A stretch of 64,000 nucleotides of DNA, from the IMG/VR virus record IMGVR_UViG_3300032030_002018; one strand, written 5' to 3'. The position numbers were made by a program, and so were the translations under genes. Under the pieces are notes generated by a model. That model ran no database searches. It was not told the DNA's origin and worked only from the letters and a program-made list of their open reading frames with translations. Each line of letters starts with the position of its first letter. Position 1 is the stretch's first letter. This DNA comes from a virus. Taxonomy: Duplodnaviria > Caudoviricetes. Positions 1 to 9,183 of this stretch are shown one piece after another.

Positions 1-89
1 ATACCAACGAAAGCAGAAATAGAAAAAAAACACTTGAATGAAATCCCAAAAAATAACTTGAATAATACTACAGTAGATTTGGATATATA

Positions 90-953
90 ATGATGAGAAG
101 ACCGCATTTATTAAAGGAAAATACAACAGTACTACCAAATGGTTATACCAAAATTGACAACTTCAGTGAGTTTGCAGATTTCATCAAACCAAACAAACCT
201 GAGGAAATTTGGTTCGTTCAAATTATGAGGAGAAAAAAAGACCACGAAAACGACCCAAACGATACTTGGAAGTATTATCAAGGATACGCTATAATAGACA
301 CGAAAATAATACACACAGCAAACGAGCTTGAAATGCTCAAACCCGATATAATCAATGCTTGTGAAAAAAACGGTGCAAGAGCATACATCTTCCTTAATAG
401 GAGAAACCTTAACACAGCAAACGAATATATCAAGGTCGGAGAATCAAGAGGGTGGTTCGACAAAGGCGGCAGATTCTACCATCATAGAAATCATAAATTA
501 GCATTCGTTCTAGGACAGAAAAAAGATTTTGCGTCTAGACCAATATGCTTCCTTGACGTTGACAAAAATGACCCAAAGGTGTTCACAATAGTTGACGAAG
601 TACTCAAATCAGTAGGAATCACACCAATGGTGAAGTATCGAACAGCAAGCCTTGGTATGCACTATATACTGTCAGATAAAGAAGTTGTTATAGCAAAGAA
701 AATAGCTGATATACTGAACAAAAAACTTGACAAAGGAAGAGATTACGGAAGATGGGCAACATCAGGAATACATTATGACTGTCCAAACATCCTATATCTC
801 AACCTTATGCCAAATAACTACCAAAGGGAAGAAAGAAAAGTCAAAGAACTTGAACAACTATACGATAGAAGAGAACAAATGATTAAAAACGGACAAAACA
901 CTAGGTGGATTGATAAACAAATATACGACCAATGCGGAGCCTGGCCGAAATAA
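90..953 (+). CDS. hypothetical protein, possible AEP/PrimPol-like fold
   Basis: 287-aa ORF; hhDxD (CFLDVD) followed by T.SxGxH (RTASLGMH), as in archaeo-eukaryotic primase motifs. Confidence 0.4.
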   Translation: MMRRPHLLKENTTVLPNGYTKIDNFSEFADFIKPNKPEEIWFVQIMRRKKDHENDPNDTWKYYQGYAIIDTKIIHTANELEMLKPDIINACEKNGARAYIFLNRRNLNTANEYIKVGESRGWFDKGGRFYHHRNHKLAFVLGQKKDFASRPICFLDVDKNDPKVFTIVDEVLKSVGITPMVKYRTASLGMHYILSDKEVVIAKKIADILNKKLDKGRDYGRWATSGIHYDCPNILYLNLMPNNYQREERKVKELEQLYDRREQMIKNGQNTRWIDKQIYDQCGAWPK

Positions 954-955
954 TA

Positions 956-1894
956 TTACATTCCAACGTTTAATTCATATTTAATTGGTTTATCTGGATG
1001 ATAGTCAACGATTTCAAAATCATCATATTTCAAATCGTCAATATCATCCAGTTTTCTTTTAATAAGAAGTTTTGGCTGTATATCACTTCCACTCCTTGAT
1101 AACTGCTCCATTGCACCTTCAATATGATTCTCATATATATGAACATCCCCGCCAACATATAACAATTTGCCAACCTCCATATCACATATATTTGCAATTA
1201 TATACGTTAATATGGCATATTGTGTTATATTATATGGATTTCCGCAGCATATATCATTAGAACGCATATTGAACATACAAGACAACTCCCTCCTACCATT
1301 ATCAAGTTTTCTTGTGTAAAATTGAAACATTGTGTGACAAGGTGGTAAAGCAACATTATCAGCAACATCAGGATTGAAAGCAACACACAGCATTCTCCTG
1401 TTATCAGGGTCTGTCTTTAAAGTGTTTATTATGTTTTTTATCTGGTCAACACCATTTACGCCAAAACTCCTCCAAGACTTACCATATATATCACCCAAAT
1501 CACCAAAAATATATCTTTTGAAAATATTTATCTTCTTATCCTTTACCCAAGTCTGTCTTGATTTCAATACATTATCCAAAAACTCTTCCTTTGACATTGG
1601 AATTTCATCATAGAAAGAACAAAACCAACGATACGCATCATCATCCCATATATGAACATTGTTTTCAACAAGATACTTGATATTAGTATCACCTTTTAAA
1701 AACCATAATAACTCGTGAATTATACCCTTATAATACACACGCTTTGTTGTCAATATTGGCAAACCTTCTGATAAATCAAATTCCATACATACGCCAAATA
1801 TAGACCTAACCTTGCCAGACCTTGCTTCCTTTACATTACCAGTTTCAATAATCTCTCTCAATAACTTATTGTATAAAGCATCATAATTTGTCAT
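956..1894 (-). CDS. thyA: thymidylate synthase
   Basis: ELLWFLKGDTN, IWD, GDLGDIYG, catalytic LPPCH, RSND, GDVHIYENH motifs. Confidence 0.97.
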   Translation of the reverse strand: MTNYDALYNKLLREIIETGNVKEARSGKVRSIFGVCMEFDLSEGLPILTTKRVYYKGIIHELLWFLKGDTNIKYLVENNVHIWDDDAYRWFCSFYDEIPMSKEEFLDNVLKSRQTWVKDKKINIFKRYIFGDLGDIYGKSWRSFGVNGVDQIKNIINTLKTDPDNRRMLCVAFNPDVADNVALPPCHTMFQFYTRKLDNGRRELSCMFNMRSNDICCGNPYNITQYAILTYIIANICDMEVGKLLYVGGDVHIYENHIEGAMEQLSRSGSDIQPKLLIKRKLDDIDDLKYDDFEIVDYHPDKPIKYELNVGM

Positions 1895-2028
1895 AATTAT
1901 CACATTTTTTTTGGCTAAATATATATGAAATTATCGTGAAAAACAAATATTTTCGGATATTTTTAGCCAGTTTCTAATATTTAATATTATAGATTGAAAT
2001 AATTAATAAACTAGATATCAAAATAAAT

Positions 2029-2355
2029 ATGAAAAGAAGAATTAGACTAACAGAATCTGACCTGCACAGAATCATAAATCGGTCAGTGAAAAGAACGCTT
2101 AACGAGATTAGAGATACCGCTGAGACTTTTGGAGAATTTGCAGATACACCTTATCGAACACTTCACACTGGTTTAAAGAGTAAAAAAGAACAGATGGATT
2201 CTGATTGGGAAGACCTTGATGAATACTATCCATTCGGACACGGTAGATATCCTGCTGATTATGATGCTTCTGAATTGGCTCGTCTAAATTATGAAGATTG
2301 GAATCCTAGCCAACTTGATAACCAACATATACACGACTTTTATTTGGATAGATAA
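2029..2355 (+). CDS. LTESDL-leader protein (putative head-packaged internal protein)
   Basis: N-terminus MKRRIRLTESDLHRIINRSVKRTLNE. Confidence 0.75.
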   Translation: MKRRIRLTESDLHRIINRSVKRTLNEIRDTAETFGEFADTPYRTLHTGLKSKKEQMDSDWEDLDEYYPFGHGRYPADYDASELARLNYEDWNPSQLDNQHIHDFYLDR

Positions 2356-2384
2356 TAATTTATAAACTAGATAACAAAATAAAT

Positions 2385-2648
2385 ATGAAAAGAAGAATTA
2401 GACTAACAGAATCTGACTTGCACAGAATCGTAAATCGGTCAGTGAAAAGAGTGTTAAAAGACAACATATTTGAATCATCAATGAATGATACTTACTCATT
2501 TAGACAGTTTAGAAACTCTATGTGGAATACCATTGATGATGCGTTAAAAAGAACATTTAGAGAATTTGTTCAATATGTAGGAGACGGATGGGAGGTAACT
2601 AACCCAAATAATGAAGAAGAGTTTATTCATATAACTTTCGGAGATTAA
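2385..2648 (+). CDS. LTESDL-leader protein
   Basis: N-terminus MKRRIRLTESDLHRIVNRSVKRVLKD; upstream DNA nearly identical to that of the previous gene. Confidence 0.75.
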   Translation: MKRRIRLTESDLHRIVNRSVKRVLKDNIFESSMNDTYSFRQFRNSMWNTIDDALKRTFREFVQYVGDGWEVTNPNNEEEFIHITFGD

Positions 2649-2726
2649 TGCAATAAATCAAACTATTTTCTCTTTATATTATCCGGAATAATATTATATT
2701 ATATATATAAAATATTATTTAATATT

Positions 2727-3182
2727 ATGTCTAAATTATATAGTTATTATTCTGATAATATTGACAGGGCTTGGTACAAAAGTTCTAATATTCTTTACAG
2801 TGAGTGTATTGACAATGACAATGAATTAAAGACATTGAAGGTTGTTTTCAACAATGGTTCTGAATATCAGTATGATAAAGTTGATGTGAGGGATTATTTA
2901 CTGTTCAGGGAAAGCGATTCACAGGGAAAGACGTTCAACAGACTGATTAAAGAGAAAAAGTATGAGTATTCCAAGATTGGTGATGCTGATTTGGACAAAA
3001 TTAATGAGGAGTATGTGTTTAGAAGTGGAAACGGAGTTACAATCAAATATGACAATGACGGAATACTTGTAACAGACACAAAAGAAAATATCCTTGTAAA
3101 CCAAAGAGTGCCATTCAATGATGAACAAGTGAAAGTAATTGCTGAACTACTTGAAAATATTGGATATAAAGTACGGTGTTAA
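2727..3182 (+). CDS. KTSC-domain protein
   Basis: SSNI...TLKVVFNNGSEYQYDKV...FRESDSQGKTFNRLIK fits the KTSC pattern. Confidence 0.75.
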   Translation: MSKLYSYYSDNIDRAWYKSSNILYSECIDNDNELKTLKVVFNNGSEYQYDKVDVRDYLLFRESDSQGKTFNRLIKEKKYEYSKIGDADLDKINEEYVFRSGNGVTIKYDNDGILVTDTKENILVNQRVPFNDEQVKVIAELLENIGYKVRC

Positions 3183-3185
3183 AAA

Positions 3186-3215
3186 AATGGATGACTTTTA
3201 TGTGGTCATCCATTT
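3186..3215 (+). terminator. intrinsic terminator
   Basis: aaatggatgac / gtcatccattt hairpin after the KTSC gene. Confidence 0.65.
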
Positions 3216-3278
3216 ATTGTTTAATAATATATCACCAAAGTTTGACTATTTCAAATAAATAGTTATTTTTTATAAAAA

Positions 3279-5759
3279 ATGAGTTTTAATGATGGAATAT
3301 ACACACCTGAATTCAATAATGTCATAGAGTATATGATTGAGACATTATCAGCAGAATTCCCAACGGATGTCATAACATCTGAATACCTTATCACTTCGAT
3401 ATTGGATAATAAATACTGCCACGCAAATATGATATTATCCAAATGCCTTTCAAATGAAAATGTGCAAAGGCTGAAAGATATATATACAGAATACCTTAGT
3501 AACTATTATGACCCCTCAATCAAGCATAATGGAAATTCAGCCACATTCAGTCAGGAATTAGACTTCATAATGAACAGACTGAATGATGAGAGAGTTAATA
3601 CAAAAAGCACTATCATAGGTACTGAACATATATTACTTACAATACTAAACCCATCGAACAACATAAAAGCATCTGGCGTTTTTCAATCTATGGGATTGTT
3701 ATATGACGACCTTTTAAACAAATGCACAGAAAGAAGACTAAATAAACCTGTTAAATATGTGGGGAATAGAATGAACGGTATAAACAGCCCATCAATGGAA
3801 ATACCAGCAAAGGGTGCTACAAACCAAATGGCAATAACGACAAGCAATGATTTCATAAAGAAATACACAATAAACCTAAATGAAAAATACTCCAAAGGCG
3901 AATATGATGAATTGATTGGGAGGGAAAATGAAAAGGGTCAGATTATCAAGGCTTTGATGAGAAGGAAGAAAAACAACGCGATACTGATTGGTGACAGCGG
4001 TGTTGGAAAAACCGCTATAATCCAAGGTATAGCAGAACTTATCGTTAAGAATGAAGTACCTGACACATTGAAAGACAAACAAATGCTTATGTTGGATATT
4101 ATGACACTCATAAGCGGTACAAACCTGAGGGGTATGTTTGAGGAAAGAGTCAAAGGACTTTTTGATGAAATCAAGTCTTCAAATAAATATATTCTTGTAA
4201 TTGACGATATACATACAATAATCAAAAACGGACAAAAGGAAAAGGATACTGATATATCAGGAATGATAAACGATATATTATCAGGTGGAGAAGTCAGAGT
4301 AATAGCTTCAACTACGTTTAAAGATTACAGAAACAGCATTGAGCCTAATTCCTCAATATCAAAGAAATTCCAAAACGTAATCATAGAACCGCTGAATAAA
4401 TCACAGGCACTTGAAGTCATATTGTCAAACAAATCATATTATGAGGGTTTCCATAACGTCAAATATTCAGAAGAAACCTGCAAGAAGGCTGTTGAACTTG
4501 CTGATAGGTATATAACTGACAGGAAATTGCCTGATTCAGCGTTTGATATCATAGACCTCTCAGGTGCGTATATGTCATATAAGACAAAACCAAAAACAGA
4601 CCCGTCAAAGTTAATAAGAGTTAAAGAACTTGAAGAAGAGGAGCAAATAGCAATGAATCGAGGTGACTTTGAGAAAGTTGAGGAACTATCAAAGGAAAAA
4701 AATACAATCAATAAAGAAATTGCTGATGATAAAAGGAATATATCAGACAATCCATTTGAAATAACAGAAAACGACGTTGCGTATACCGTATCAGAAATGA
4801 CAAATATACCAATGTCAAAACTAACCTCTGACGAAAAAAAGAAAATAGCGAATATTGGAGAAATACTCAAAGAACATATCATAGGACAAGACGAAGCGAT
4901 TGATTCTGTATGCCAAGTGATAAAGAGAAACAAGGTAGGGCTTGGTGACAAGAGCAAGACACAGGGAGTATTCCTTCTTGAAGGAAAGTCTGGTGTTGGA
5001 AAGACATTACTTGCAAAGATGTTGGCAAAGGAGATATACGGTGACGAGAACGCTCTTGTAAGAATTGATATGTCAGAGTATTCTGAAAAGAATTCTGTAA
5101 GCAAACTAAATGGAACAAGTCAAGGATATATCGGATACGAGGACGGAGGAATACTTACAAACGCAATCAAAAAGAAACCATACTGCGTCATATTGTTAGA
5201 TGAGATAGAAAAGGCTAACGACGAAGTATATAACATATTCCTGCAATTATTTGATGAGGGAAGGTTGACGGAAAGTAATGGAAATGTTGTCAATTTCAAA
5301 AACACAATGATACTTATGACATCTAATATCGGCGCAAGAGAAGTATCAGAATTTGGCGGAGGTGTTGGTTTCTCAATAAATAAATCAGCAAACGCAAAAT
5401 CAATTATAGATAAGAACATAAAGAGAAAGTTCAGCCCAGAATTCATAAATAGAATTGATAAAATAGTGCATTTCAATGACTTGAATGAAGAAAACCTCAG
5501 GAAAATCGTTGAAATAGAAATAGGTAAGTTAAGAAAAAGGCTAAATGAAATTGGATATGACCTTGAATGCACAGAATCTGCGTTGAGTTATGTACACAAG
5601 AGGTCGATTGAAGAGAAGGATATGGGAGCAAGACCAATAATAAGACTTGTTCAAACAATTATTGAGGACAAGATTACAGACCTTATCCTTGAAAATGATT
5701 ATGATAAAAATCATAAGTTCATTGTTGATTATATTGATGAGAAAGTATCAATTATATAA
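3279..5759 (+). CDS. clpC: ClpC-like AAA+ unfoldase
   Basis: Clp-N-like repeats, Walker A GDSGVGKT and GKSGVGKT, UVR-like coil, RIDMSEY, LLDEIEKA, ClpP-docking VGF loop, GARPI. Confidence 0.9.
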   Translation: MSFNDGIYTPEFNNVIEYMIETLSAEFPTDVITSEYLITSILDNKYCHANMILSKCLSNENVQRLKDIYTEYLSNYYDPSIKHNGNSATFSQELDFIMNRLNDERVNTKSTIIGTEHILLTILNPSNNIKASGVFQSMGLLYDDLLNKCTERRLNKPVKYVGNRMNGINSPSMEIPAKGATNQMAITTSNDFIKKYTINLNEKYSKGEYDELIGRENEKGQIIKALMRRKKNNAILIGDSGVGKTAIIQGIAELIVKNEVPDTLKDKQMLMLDIMTLISGTNLRGMFEERVKGLFDEIKSSNKYILVIDDIHTIIKNGQKEKDTDISGMINDILSGGEVRVIASTTFKDYRNSIEPNSSISKKFQNVIIEPLNKSQALEVILSNKSYYEGFHNVKYSEETCKKAVELADRYITDRKLPDSAFDIIDLSGAYMSYKTKPKTDPSKLIRVKELEEEEQIAMNRGDFEKVEELSKEKNTINKEIADDKRNISDNPFEITENDVAYTVSEMTNIPMSKLTSDEKKKIANIGEILKEHIIGQDEAIDSVCQVIKRNKVGLGDKSKTQGVFLLEGKSGVGKTLLAKMLAKEIYGDENALVRIDMSEYSEKNSVSKLNGTSQGYIGYEDGGILTNAIKKKPYCVILLDEIEKANDEVYNIFLQLFDEGRLTESNGNVVNFKNTMILMTSNIGAREVSEFGGGVGFSINKSANAKSIIDKNIKRKFSPEFINRIDKIVHFNDLNEENLRKIVEIEIGKLRKRLNEIGYDLECTESALSYVHKRSIEEKDMGARPIIRLVQTIIEDKITDLILENDYDKNHKFIVDYIDEKVSII

Positions 5760-5803
5760 AAAATGTTAAATAATTTTGGAAAATAATTTTTTAATGTATA
5801 TAT

Positions 5804-6403
5804 TTGCCGATGAAATTCAAAAACAAACTGATATACAACAATATATCAAAAGAAGAATTGTTGGATAACATACTAATAACAAGCACAACGCCAAATGACA
5901 TACCATATATATTATCAATATTGAAAGACGGTTTCAATATGAATGGATATGGTGAGACATTCAGACAGATTGTTGAATCATCAATGGATTTATTCAATTC
6001 TGTTAAGGCAATTGACAAAAGAGACGGTACAATATATGGATTGCTTATGTTCTCACATTATCCATTAAAATATGGAACACCATTACCGTTGTCAAATGGA
6101 AAACTATCAAGATATCTTGAACAATATGAAGGGATAGACGGTCATTCATTCATTTTGGACGAAAGATTAAGAGGAACAGGCATCGACAATAAAATGCTAC
6201 ATTATAATGATACATACTTCTACGGAAATGATATTGATTATATATGGTGCGGAGTTGGAAAAGAATACAATACAGAACATTATTGGGAAAGAAAAGGATT
6301 TATAAAGATATGCGAAATACCAGATGAGGCATCATTCTATATATACCCATTAAATGAAGATATTGAATTTGATATAACAAGATTTTACGAATTACCAAAA
6401 TAA
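5804..6403 (+). CDS. GNAT-family acetyltransferase
   Basis: acetyl-CoA motif ERLRGTGI and C-terminal YWERKGF. Confidence 0.65.
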   Translation: MPMKFKNKLIYNNISKEELLDNILITSTTPNDIPYILSILKDGFNMNGYGETFRQIVESSMDLFNSVKAIDKRDGTIYGLLMFSHYPLKYGTPLPLSNGKLSRYLEQYEGIDGHSFILDERLRGTGIDNKMLHYNDTYFYGNDIDYIWCGVGKEYNTEHYWERKGFIKICEIPDEASFYIYPLNEDIEFDITRFYELPK

Positions 6404-6405
6404 AA

Positions 6406-6912
6406 ATGAAAAACATAACAATAGAATTAATAAAAGATATAGTAAATGAATCCGTTGATGATGTATTGAAGAGGATTGGTTTAATCAATGAATACGCAAT
6501 TCCTTTAAAAGGATATAGAGCAAGGGTAGATGGGTTGCGATTTCAATTAGTGGAAAATTGGTGTCTTTGCAAATGGTGTCAATTGCTTAATCCTGAATGT
6601 GAGAACTTTGCTCATTGGATGACTGAATTAAAGGCTTGTATTGATAATTTGAAATTCATTGATATTAAAAACGGAATTAACAAAAGAAGAACACTACTGC
6701 GAATGTTAATTAATGATTATGATTACAACAACCCAAATATGATTGAAAGAATAATCAGAGGCAAATTTGTTATTGAGAATATAAATGATAATAATCAAAA
6801 AATTCGTGTTTGCACAGAATTCGCAGATAATATAAATGATTTAATTGATGTTATTTCAATTGATGCAATTGATACTAATGAATATTTAGAAAACACATTT
6901 AGTACAGATTGA
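6406..6912 (+). CDS. hypothetical protein with leader-like N-terminus
   Basis: IKDIVNESVDDVLKRIGLINE resembles the second half of the LTESDL leader. Confidence 0.6.
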   Translation: MKNITIELIKDIVNESVDDVLKRIGLINEYAIPLKGYRARVDGLRFQLVENWCLCKWCQLLNPECENFAHWMTELKACIDNLKFIDIKNGINKRRTLLRMLINDYDYNNPNMIERIIRGKFVIENINDNNQKIRVCTEFADNINDLIDVISIDAIDTNEYLENTFSTD

Positions 6913-6958
6913 TAAAAAAAACAAAGTATCTGATATTTATATATAAAAGGACTATTTT

Positions 6959-7318
6959 ATGAAAGTCATATTGACAGAAGAACAAGAAAGAAAATTGGTT
7001 AGACATTTAATCAAAGAATCATATAACTATCCAGATAAGGTGCTGTTGGTCAAGAAGTTCCTTGACCAACACTTTTCTAGGGCAACATATGATTCAGAGG
7101 ATGAGAATGGAAAACCGTCAGAGAAACAAGTTGTTGCTTGGATGAACAGCAGCAATGAGGCTGTTAAGACATATACAGATGTCCAACTGTTCGAAATGCT
7201 TCAAGAGGAATTCAAGACAATATTATCAGATACAAAAGAAAGAGATGAATTCCTTAAAAAAATAATAAAAGCGTGGTATAATAAGAAAATTGATAACAAC
7301 GGAATTATAAAACAATAA
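6959..7318 (+). CDS. hypothetical protein, leader variant
   Basis: MKVILTEEQERKLVRHLIKE; TATTTAT motif upstream. Confidence 0.65.
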   Translation: MKVILTEEQERKLVRHLIKESYNYPDKVLLVKKFLDQHFSRATYDSEDENGKPSEKQVVAWMNSSNEAVKTYTDVQLFEMLQEEFKTILSDTKERDEFLKKIIKAWYNKKIDNNGIIKQ

Positions 7319-7425
7319 ATAATAACCGCGGAACAAATAAACGCCGTAACTCTTAAAACCTCTCATATCAAGGCGTTTATAAGGTATCTATATGATATCT
7401 ACCGCAACTTAAAAACAAAATTAAA

Positions 7426-7887
7426 ATGAGAAGAAAAAATTTTTTTATGGCATTATTGCTATTATTGATGTCGATTATTTCGACAAGTGCGCAAACAATC
7501 AACAAAGACAGTGTTGTCAGTGAGAAATTCAATTGGAATTATGTAATTGACGCAATCGCAAAAGTGGAAAGCGGAGGCAATCCAAAGGCAGTATCAAGTA
7601 ATGGATTATATGTTGGACTATTGCAAATCTCAACAGGATGCGTTAAACAGTGCAATATTATCCTTTCAAGAAAGGGAAGCAAAAAACGCTTCACAAACAA
7701 TGACAGATACAACGCCGAAAAATCAAAGGAAATGTTCGTTATTATGCAAAACGAATATAACCCTGAATGCAATATCGAAAAAGCGATAAGAATGTGGAAC
7801 GGAGGACCAAAATACAAAATCGCATCAACAAATGGGTACTATAGGAAAGTAATGAGACATTATTTGGCAAAAACAGAAAACAAATAA
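7426..7887 (+). CDS. secreted lytic transglycosylase (SLT/lysozyme-like)
   Basis: signal peptide; AIAKVESGGNPKAVS, GLLQI, WNGGP motifs. Confidence 0.85.
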   Translation: MRRKNFFMALLLLLMSIISTSAQTINKDSVVSEKFNWNYVIDAIAKVESGGNPKAVSSNGLYVGLLQISTGCVKQCNIILSRKGSKKRFTNNDRYNAEKSKEMFVIMQNEYNPECNIEKAIRMWNGGPKYKIASTNGYYRKVMRHYLAKTENK

Positions 7888-7896
7888 ATATAAAAA

Positions 7897-7937
7897 AATC
7901 CACTGATAAACATTTTTTATTGAATATCAGTGGATTT
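7897..7937. terminator. bidirectional terminator
   Basis: aaatccactgata / tatcagtggattt between convergent genes. Confidence 0.65.
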
Positions 7938-7944
7938 ATTGTTT

Positions 7945-9183
7945 TTATATATCCAAATCTATATCTAAATTATTTAAATCTCCAAAATCAATATTTTCAG
8001 TATCGTTTGATACATCCTCATCATTATCAACCCATTTTGGCTTTTTCTTATCATTATCTTGATTCATATTCTCCAATTCCTGTTTCTTTTGATAATATAT
8101 GTTCATACTGAACTGTCTTAAAGGACATATCATAATATCCTTATCATAAACATTATCATCCTCACCAAGATATATGTAAAACTCTCCGTCTTCCAATTGT
8201 TTTACTATGAAACCAACTCCATCAATGACAACACTTGTCCCTTCAGGAATGAATCTATCAGGAGCGTCATCAAACCATACATTCGTCATTGGAATACCAA
8301 TTACCCTTCCATCAATATATCGCTTATAATCCTTCCTGTATAAGTAATTTTTCTTTCCACCCTTTTCCACCAAAGCGAAATCGCCATAAAAATAAGGCAT
8401 TAGAAAATCATAATAAGCATTTGAATACCCTAATTTCCTATAAGTCTTGACATCATAATCATACTCGACATTAAGTTCCATCCAAATGTCCTCATTGTTA
8501 ATAGCATAGTCAAAATAATGCGCACCAATCTTTATAGGCTTGAAACTTTTACCATAATTAGAACTAACACCTACAGGTAACAGTCTTCTGAAATTCTTTG
8601 GCATTACAACAAAACCATCACCTCGACCGTGATAAATATACCCCTTAATCTTTCTGTTACTAACAGGATAGTTCCTTAACAGAGAAATTAAAGTCTGCAA
8701 CGGAACACGACCACTATGCCACATATCGTGACTATTCACTATCGTATGATATTCCCTACTATGATTAGTCTTTATGTCATTCAAATCCCTTCTGTCCAAC
8801 AAAACCTCAAGCTGGTCCTTTATCCTCCAATTACTACCGTATACATTTCTCGCAATATTAATATCATATATCACAAAATCCTCAAAACCATTTCCCACTA
8901 ACTTGAATTTCAACATTGCGTGACCATATATACCAGCTCTGTGGTTTCTGTCATAATTAGGGTCGTCTACCTCAGAACGTGGGTCTATTGACGGCCAGAA
9001 TGTAGTATATACAACAGGACCGAAAGCAGTACTGTTCTTGTTTAGAAAAAACCTCTCAAAACCAGTTCTCGCCATACTCTCGACAGCATTGACATCAGTC
9101 ATATGATAAAGGTATATTCCACCATTCTCATATCCTTCATTCAATACATTCCTGACAACATTACAAAATAAATCCATACGCAT
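7945..9183 (-). CDS. hypothetical protein, possible H-Y-type ADP-ribosyltransferase fold
   Basis: NVVRNVLNE then YLYHMT...GF...FGPVVYTT, PARP-like pattern. Confidence 0.45.
   Translation of the reverse strand: MRMDLFCNVVRNVLNEGYENGGIYLYHMTDVNAVESMARTGFERFFLNKNSTAFGPVVYTTFWPSIDPRSEVDDPNYDRNHRAGIYGHAMLKFKLVGNGFEDFVIYDINIARNVYGSNWRIKDQLEVLLDRRDLNDIKTNHSREYHTIVNSHDMWHSGRVPLQTLISLLRNYPVSNRKIKGYIYHGRGDGFVVMPKNFRRLLPVGVSSNYGKSFKPIKIGAHYFDYAINNEDIWMELNVEYDYDVKTYRKLGYSNAYYDFLMPYFYGDFALVEKGGKKNYLYRKDYKRYIDGRVIGIPMTNVWFDDAPDRFIPEGTSVVIDGVGFIVKQLEDGEFYIYLGEDDNVYDKDIMICPLRQFSMNIYYQKKQELENMNQDNDKKKPKWVDNDEDVSNDTENIDFGDLNNLDIDLDI

Noticed and set aside
4439-5572. Long antisense ORFs opposite clpC (likewise opposite MCP, scaffold and 11548)
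   Set aside because: Shadow frames of strongly supported genes with no motifs of their own
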